DNA of 64,000 nucleotides from Deltaproteobacteria bacterium (GTDB lineage Bacteria; Myxococcota; Kuafuiibacteriia; Kuafuiibacteriales; Kuafuiibacteriaceae): NCBI GenBank assembly GCA_040218735.1, contig JAVJQW010000041.1, positions 160,001 to 224,000 of the forward strand, read 5' to 3'. Shown piece by piece: positions 58,262 to 64,000 of this stretch (position 1 is its first letter; each line of letters starts with the position of its first letter). The notes under the pieces were generated by a model. It saw only the letters and a program-made list of their open reading frames with translations, ran no database searches and was not told where the DNA came from. The position numbers and the translations under genes were made by a program.

Positions 58262-60256
58262 TCAGAATTCGAGCTCTTGCAGACGGGTGTAAGTCGGGGC
58301 GTCCCGCGCGAGCTGCTGCTTCACCCCGCGCGCCTCGTCGACGCGGCCCCGCTGCGCCAGCGCGAGCGCGAGGTTGAACAGCGCGTCGGGGGTCGCCGCG
58401 CGCTCGAGGCGGAGGACCTGGTAGTGCTGGATCGCTCGGTCGATCTGCCCCGTCGCGTGGAGCAGCCGCGCGAGGTTGTACCGGGCCCGCGGCATCTTCG
58501 GGTCGAGCTGCACCGCGTAGCCGTAGGCCTGCTGGGCCGCCTCCGCCTCCCCCGCGAGCTCATGGATGTACCCGAGCGAGAACCACCCGCGCGCGTCGAG
58601 CCGACGGGCGTCGCGGAGGCGCTCGAGGATCGGCCGCGCTTCGTCGAGCTTTCCGAGCTCGAAGCGGGCGAGGGCGAGACCACGCTCGGCGTCGTCGAAC
58701 CCCGGCGCGATGTTCGCCGCGCGCGCGAAGGCGGCTTCGGCGCTCGCGTACCGCTCCCGGGCGAGGTCCAGCTCCCCGCGCCACAACGCGGTGTACACGT
58801 TGTTCGGCGCGACGGCCTCCGCCTTCTGCACGTGCTGCTCGGCGAGGTCGTACCGTTTGTCGAGCAGGTCGATCACCACGAGGTTCACGTAGCAGAACCC
58901 GTACCCCGGCCACTCGCGCGCGCACGCTTCGTACTCCCGCCGCGCTCCCGCACGATCCCCGCGCCCGAGGAGCGCCCGGCCGTAGTTCAGGTGAGCGCGC
59001 CCGTTGGTCGGCGCGCACGCGATGACGTCGGACCACAGCGAGTGTTCGTCCTTCCACACGCGGTTGCGCTGAGAGGTGGCGAGGATCATCGCCGCGACGA
59101 CGGCCGCGCTCGCGATCAGCGCGCCGCGACGCACGTGCGCGATCTCGATGCGCTCGCCGACGAGCCGGTTCAGCACCGCGAGCGTCGCCCAGACCAGCGC
59201 GGGCATCGCGACGTACACACGGTGCTCGGTGGCGGGCTCCGCGAGCGGGACGATGCTGTTGGTCGGCGACAGCGTCACGTAGAACCACACCACCGAGAAC
59301 GCGAGCACCGGCATGCGCCGCCGCGAGATCCACGCGACGGCGAGGAGGAGCACCGTCCAGAGGATGGCGCGCGCCGTCTCACCCTCCCACGGCACCTCGC
59401 TCCACCGCATCACGAGGTCCGCGCACAGATCCTCCGGCCACACGTACAGCGCCTGGTAGCGCTGCCAGACGCGGGTCTGCGTCAGCAGGTGGGACCACGG
59501 CGTGATGTGCGAGCGGGCCCCGCGCGCCGTCGCGCCGACGATCGACTCGTGCAGCCACGCGAAGCCGAACGCGATCGTCGCGAGGGGGACGAGGCGAGCC
59601 ATCCAGCGCTTGCGATCGACCTCGAGGAGGCGGTCCCGGTCCGGGCCGAGGAGGAGCTCCCAGGCGATGACCACCGCGATGATCGTGATCGCGAGGAGCT
59701 TGGTCCCGAGCGCGACGAGCAGCACGACGTTCGCGAGGATCAGGCGGCGGCGTTCGTGGGTGTCGCCGTCGCGGGCGCGGACGTAGAGGAGGAACGCGGC
59801 GAAGTAGAGCGCCGAGCCCATCAGCGACGAGCGCGCCGAGATGTAGTTCACGGGCTCGGTGAGGAGCGGGTGCACCGCGAACACCACGGTCGCGAAGTAC
59901 GCGGCGGCGGGGCGCTCGAAGAACCGGTACGCCAGCAGCCCCACGATCCACGCCCCGAGGACGTGGAAGAGCAGGCTCACCAGGTGATAGGCCCACGGCG
60001 CGCCGTCCCCCAGCGCGTGGGAGATCGCGAAGCTGGTCAGCAGGACAGGCCGGTAGGCGCGGTTCTCGGCGAGGGGCGAGAACGTCGTCACGTCCGTGAA
60101 GAAGCGCGGGACGTTCGCGAGGGAGGTCAGGTGGACGTTGTCCTCGATGCTGTGGCCGTCGTCGAAGTGGAACCCGTTGCCGAGTGAGTTCCCGTACGCC
60201 GCCACCACCGCGACCAGGGCGACGACGAAGAGCACGGCGGTGGACCGTCGCGACAT
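58262..60256 (-). CDS. GT-C glycosyltransferase with TPR repeats (TMTC-like)
   Basis: FHFDD, YRP, HPLLTE.V.YISARS, EHRVY, RNRVW motifs; about 11 TMs; C-terminal TPRs. Confidence 0.85.
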   Translation of the reverse strand: MSRRSTAVLFVVALVAVVAAYGNSLGNGFHFDDGHSIEDNVHLTSLANVPRFFTDVTTFSPLAENRAYRPVLLTSFAISHALGDGAPWAYHLVSLLFHVLGAWIVGLLAYRFFERPAAAYFATVVFAVHPLLTEPVNYISARSSLMGSALYFAAFLLYVRARDGDTHERRRLILANVVLLVALGTKLLAITIIAVVIAWELLLGPDRDRLLEVDRKRWMARLVPLATIAFGFAWLHESIVGATARGARSHITPWSHLLTQTRVWQRYQALYVWPEDLCADLVMRWSEVPWEGETARAILWTVLLLAVAWISRRRMPVLAFSVVWFYVTLSPTNSIVPLAEPATEHRVYVAMPALVWATLAVLNRLVGERIEIAHVRRGALIASAAVVAAMILATSQRNRVWKDEHSLWSDVIACAPTNGRAHLNYGRALLGRGDRAGARREYEACAREWPGYGFCYVNLVVIDLLDKRYDLAEQHVQKAEAVAPNNVYTALWRGELDLARERYASAEAAFARAANIAPGFDDAERGLALARFELGKLDEARPILERLRDARRLDARGWFSLGYIHELAGEAEAAQQAYGYAVQLDPKMPRARYNLARLLHATGQIDRAIQHYQVLRLERAATPDALFNLALALAQRGRVDEARGVKQQLARDAPTYTRLQELEF

Positions 60257-60347
60257 CGCGGCGTTTTTCGCACAGCTTCTCGGGAGGATCGAGTCGCCGA
60301 CGAAAGCGTTTCACCCTCCCGGTCGAAGTGGTTAAGGTCGGCGAAGC

Positions 60348-61370
60348 ATGGGTGGCCTCCACGTCTTCACGCTCGCCGGCGTGCCGGTGCACGTCTCGAT
60401 GTGGTTCTTCATCCTGCTCGGCTACTACGGCTGGAGCGCAGGGCTGCAGCGCGGGATGGTCTTCGGCCTCGCGGTGTGTGTGTCGATTCTCATCCACGAG
60501 TTCGGCCACGCGCTCGTCGCGAAGCACTTCAGGCTGTCGCCGTCGATCGAGCTGCACGGGTTCGGCGGGCTCACCCATCACCAGCGCGCGGACAGCAACC
60601 GCGACGACGTCCTGATCATCGCGGCGGGCCCCGGCGCCGGCCTGTTGTTCGGCGGGATCGTGTTCGTGGTGTCGCTCGTCTTCGGGCTGCGCGACATGTT
60701 CATGAACCCGTTCGTCGCGATGATCATCGGCGACCTGCTCTACATCAACATCGGGTGGAGCCTCGTGAACCTGCTCCCCCTGTGGCCGCTCGACGGGGGG
60801 CAGCTCTTCCGCATCCTGTTGCTCAAGTTCATGCGGCCCGGGCCGGCCGAGCGCGCGACGCACATCGTCGGGCTGATCGTCGCGATCGGCGCGGCGATCT
60901 TCGCGATGAACTACTTCGGGCGCGGCCTGGTGTTCATCCTCGCGGTGCTCCTCGGCTTCCAGAACGCGCGCGCGCTCGGGGACTCGCGGGCGTCGGGGCC
61001 GATCCGATCGTCGAACCGCTTCGCGAAGGGGCTCCTCAAGCGTGCCGAGGCGGCGTTCGAGAACCGCGACTGGGAGACGGCGCGGCAGCTCTGTCACCAG
61101 ATCCGCGCGGAGTCGAACATCGACGCCGGGACGCTGAACCGCGTGTGGACGATCCTCTCCGTCGCGACCGTCGAGCTCGGCCACTACGAAGAGGCGGCGA
61201 GCTACGTGCAACGTGCGAAGCTCGCGGGCCCGGTGGTGTTTGCGAAAGCGAAGGTGGTCGTGGCGCTCGAGCAAGCCGAGGAGGCGCGGGCGCTCCTGGA
61301 CCACCCCGGGGCCGCCAAGCTGCCGTCCTCCCTGCGCGACAACCTCGAAGAGATCGCGCGCTCCGCCTGA
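60348..61370 (+). CDS. Site-2 protease (M50) with C-terminal TPR-like region
   Basis: HEFGH, AAGP, NLLPLWPLDGG. Confidence 0.9.
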   Translation: MGGLHVFTLAGVPVHVSMWFFILLGYYGWSAGLQRGMVFGLAVCVSILIHEFGHALVAKHFRLSPSIELHGFGGLTHHQRADSNRDDVLIIAAGPGAGLLFGGIVFVVSLVFGLRDMFMNPFVAMIIGDLLYINIGWSLVNLLPLWPLDGGQLFRILLLKFMRPGPAERATHIVGLIVAIGAAIFAMNYFGRGLVFILAVLLGFQNARALGDSRASGPIRSSNRFAKGLLKRAEAAFENRDWETARQLCHQIRAESNIDAGTLNRVWTILSVATVELGHYEEAASYVQRAKLAGPVVFAKAKVVVALEQAEEARALLDHPGAAKLPSSLRDNLEEIARSA

Positions 61371-61408
61371 GTGCAGGCGCCTACGATTCTCTGATAGCTT
61401 CGCGCGCG

Positions 61409-62929
61409 ATGTTGCGACGCGTGCTCCTGCTCTCCCTCCTCGCGGTCACCGCCTGCTCCGGCGAGGAGGACGACGACGACACCACCACCATGCGCGACGC
61501 GGGCGTCGAGGAAACCGACGGCGGCGAAACGGAGCGCGACGGCGGTGAGGCGCCGCGCGACGGCGGCGTCGAGCGCGACGGCGGGCCGGATCGCGACGGC
61601 GGCGCGGTGGACGGCGGCTGGACACCTCCGCAGTACAACCGCTGGCTCAAGTTCGAGCCGGACGGCGCGGCGTGCGCGAACGGTAGCCAGTACAAGTACT
61701 TCGTCAACTTCTCCGAGACGTCGGACGACGTGGTGATCTACTTCGAGGGCGGCGGCGCGTGCTGGGACTACGCGGGCTGCACGGGGACCGGCATCCGCTC
61801 GGCCGCGAACCGCGACGGCATCCCGGACGACCACGCGACGGCCTACGCGGACCTCGGTGGGTTCGCGATCCCGGTCGACAACGTGTTCCCGCTCCTGCAC
61901 CCGTCGGGCGACGTCAGCCCGATGGCCGAGTGGAACAAGGTCTTCATCCCGTACTGCACGGGCGACGTCTTCTCGGGCGACACGGTCGTCACGTACGAAG
62001 ACCCGGACAACAAGGAGCCGGACGTCGAGTTCCACCACGTGGGGCACGCCAACGTGCTGGCGACGGTCGATCAGCTCGCGGAGATCTTCCCGTCGATCGA
62101 GCGGATGCTCGTCAGCGGTTGCAGCGCGGGCGGCGCCGGCGCGGTGATCAACTATCACTTCCTGCGTGACGGCCTCTCACCGAACCGCGGCTACCTCCTC
62201 GACGACTCGGGTCCGCTGTTCCCCGACCAGGAGAAGACGTCGTGGTCGTTGCCGCTCCACGATCGGGTGCGCGCGGCGTGGAACGTGGACCCGCTGATCC
62301 AGTCGGCGCCGATGGCGAACGTGCTGGCGACCGACCTCGGCGCGCTCGCCGACATCCTCGCGCAGACGTACCCGAACGACCGCCTCGCGCACACGCACTT
62401 CCGGCTCGACTACAACTACTCGCTGTACTCGTACGAGCGCTTCTACACCCTCGGGAAGGGCGGCATCGCGACGTTCGGCGACGGCATGGGCCTCGGCGGC
62501 CTCGGCCTCGACGAGACCATCCCGGAGGACCGCGCGGCGGTCTACGAGATGTGGTGGGACGACACGGATCTGATGCGCGCGCAGTTCGACGCTCGGCCGA
62601 ACCTCGGCTACTTCATGCCGTTCTACCGCACGACCAACAGCAGCCACTGCACGACGATCCCCGGCATCGGCGAGTTCCCGGAGGACGAGCTCTTCGACCT
62701 CTTCCTCAACGACTTCAACACCCTCGCGTGGGCGGGCACCGAGCTCCCCGCGACGCTGGTCGGCGGCAGCACCACCGCGAACATCCGCGCGTACGTCGAG
62801 CACCTGCTCGACGACCAGATGCCGCTGCAGAGCTTCTTCGAAGTCGACGGCGAGGGCCGCTACCTCGCGTGCACGCCGGACCCGATGTACTTCGACGAGC
62901 AGATGTGCGCCGACGCGCACGTCGAATAG
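61409..62929 (+). CDS. Pectin acetylesterase/Notum-family lipoprotein hydrolase
   Basis: Lipobox VTAC, RDGG linker, CANGS, IYFEGGGACWD, FIPYCTGD, GCSAGG. Confidence 0.85.
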   Translation: MLRRVLLLSLLAVTACSGEEDDDDTTTMRDAGVEETDGGETERDGGEAPRDGGVERDGGPDRDGGAVDGGWTPPQYNRWLKFEPDGAACANGSQYKYFVNFSETSDDVVIYFEGGGACWDYAGCTGTGIRSAANRDGIPDDHATAYADLGGFAIPVDNVFPLLHPSGDVSPMAEWNKVFIPYCTGDVFSGDTVVTYEDPDNKEPDVEFHHVGHANVLATVDQLAEIFPSIERMLVSGCSAGGAGAVINYHFLRDGLSPNRGYLLDDSGPLFPDQEKTSWSLPLHDRVRAAWNVDPLIQSAPMANVLATDLGALADILAQTYPNDRLAHTHFRLDYNYSLYSYERFYTLGKGGIATFGDGMGLGGLGLDETIPEDRAAVYEMWWDDTDLMRAQFDARPNLGYFMPFYRTTNSSHCTTIPGIGEFPEDELFDLFLNDFNTLAWAGTELPATLVGGSTTANIRAYVEHLLDDQMPLQSFFEVDGEGRYLACTPDPMYFDEQMCADAHVE

Positions 62930-63569
62930 GGGCGGTGGCCGATCTCCAACGCTCTGCGAGGGCAAGCACTCGGTCGGTGTCCAGCGCCAGTACGCGGGAA
63001 CACTGGGGCTTAGGCGACTGCACTGAGTTCCGCGCCGTGCTCCACAGGTGCTGCTTCGAATCGTCGCTGACGGCCCGCAGTGCAGGCGTGATGTCACCGC
63101 GCGGGCGCCGCCCTGTGCACCATCGACGATGTGCCCACGCGTCTACGAAGGGAACGGTGACCGGGTCGCCGTGCGCCGACGTCGGCCGCGACTTCACCGA
63201 AACGGCGGTGGTTCGCCAGCGGCCAAGGGCACTGCCGATCTCTTAGCGGACGGGCCTGCCTCGAGCCGCCATCAGGCGGCGAGGAGCGCCTCGACGTGGG
63301 GCAGCGCGCCGGCGCCGCGGAGCGACTCGTCCCTCGGCCGCCGTTTCGCCGGGCTGGTGAAGGCGGGGGTCCGCGGACCGCAGTGCTCCCAAGGACGGCC
63401 GCGCTCTCGAACACCGGCTCGTATCGCTCTCACGAGCCGCCCTCCGCGCGTGACGGCTGCGTCGGAAGCGCCTCACACCGCGGGCGCTCGGTACACGCGT
63501 CTTGCCTGGGCCGGGTAGAGCGGCGCTCGTGAATCCTCCGATCGATGAAGGCGCGACCCAACACCTCCC

Positions 63570-63660
63570 GCGCCGCGCGAAGGTTGTGCGCGCGACACAG
63601 CAAGCGCAGCTCGCCGGCTACGCTCTTGGCGCCCAGCGCGCGCGCGAACGGCCTGTTCTG
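63570..63660 (-). pseudogene. Possible degenerate C-terminal fragment of an IS1182/IS5-type DDE transposase
   Basis: Translates RPFARALGAKSVAGELRLLCRAHNLR, resembling the F..RG..KV.GEW.L.C.AHNL tail; surrounding ~1 kb lacks a convincing gene. Confidence 0.35.
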
Positions 63661-64000
63661 GAGGCCGTGGTAACGTCTTGTCGCGAATTCGGGGAAGCGC
63701 AAGATGTCTTGCATGGAGCGTGAATTCAGCTCCTTGTTTCGGTTCTGCGTGGAGGCACTCGGACTGACGGAGGACCAGGCCTGCCGGCGCGTCGCGGTAG
63801 TGTGAGCCGCCCAGCGGGTGCCCCAGATGTACGGGCGTCGCTTCGTCGACGACCGGATTCAACAAGTCCAGCGCCGAGCAACCCGGACCGGTCCGGGCAG
63901 CTCGGACCGCCCTTCGGCGCGCGGGGCGAGCCGGCCTGGGTCGGGTGCCGGCGAGACCGGCATACGTCACGACCCATAGAGGTGCCGGTGATTGCGCGTT

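Noticed and set aside
60401-62929. 842-aa ORF suggesting an extended esterase
   Set aside because: First 336 codons are an off-frame overlap of the M50 protease; the real start is the signal peptide at 61409.

Overview
64 kb of very GC-rich, densely coding bacterial DNA with about 47 genes. Gene content suggests Myxococcota (inference): a CglB-like vWA lipoprotein, an ECF/FecR-TPR module, a DUF1585/DUF1501-type pair, an FHA protein and about 12 lipoproteins with DGG/PD linkers. Housekeeping content includes serS, an acyl-CoA carboxylase beta subunit, beta-oxidation enzymes, a ROK/polyphosphate glucokinase, MscS and two MacB/LolCDE-type ABC systems. I saw no rRNA, tRNA or CRISPR array. Four highlights: (1) an identical bipartite motif GTGGGCCGTTT-N13-CCACT precedes both an ECF sigma/FecR-TPR/outer-membrane/adhesin operon and the downstream heme-c lipoprotein/DUF1585/DUF1501 operon, suggesting a 7-gene surface-signalling regulon with no TonB receptor in the window; (2) a ~1925-aa signal-less protein carries a basic N-terminus, a (Gly-Ala-Asn)n repeat, pentapeptide repeats, a hydrophobic hairpin, a polymorphic-toxin RNase-like domain and a PARP-like ADP-ribosyltransferase domain, and is followed by a long MoxR/RavA AAA+ and vWA pair instead of an immunity gene; (3) a JAB/MPN-like protein, a DcrB/DUF1795-like adaptor and a membrane-anchored protein form a cluster with sigma28-like CGATAA boxes; (4) a hemerythrin has lost metal ligands. 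All family calls come from motif recognition by eye, not database searches.
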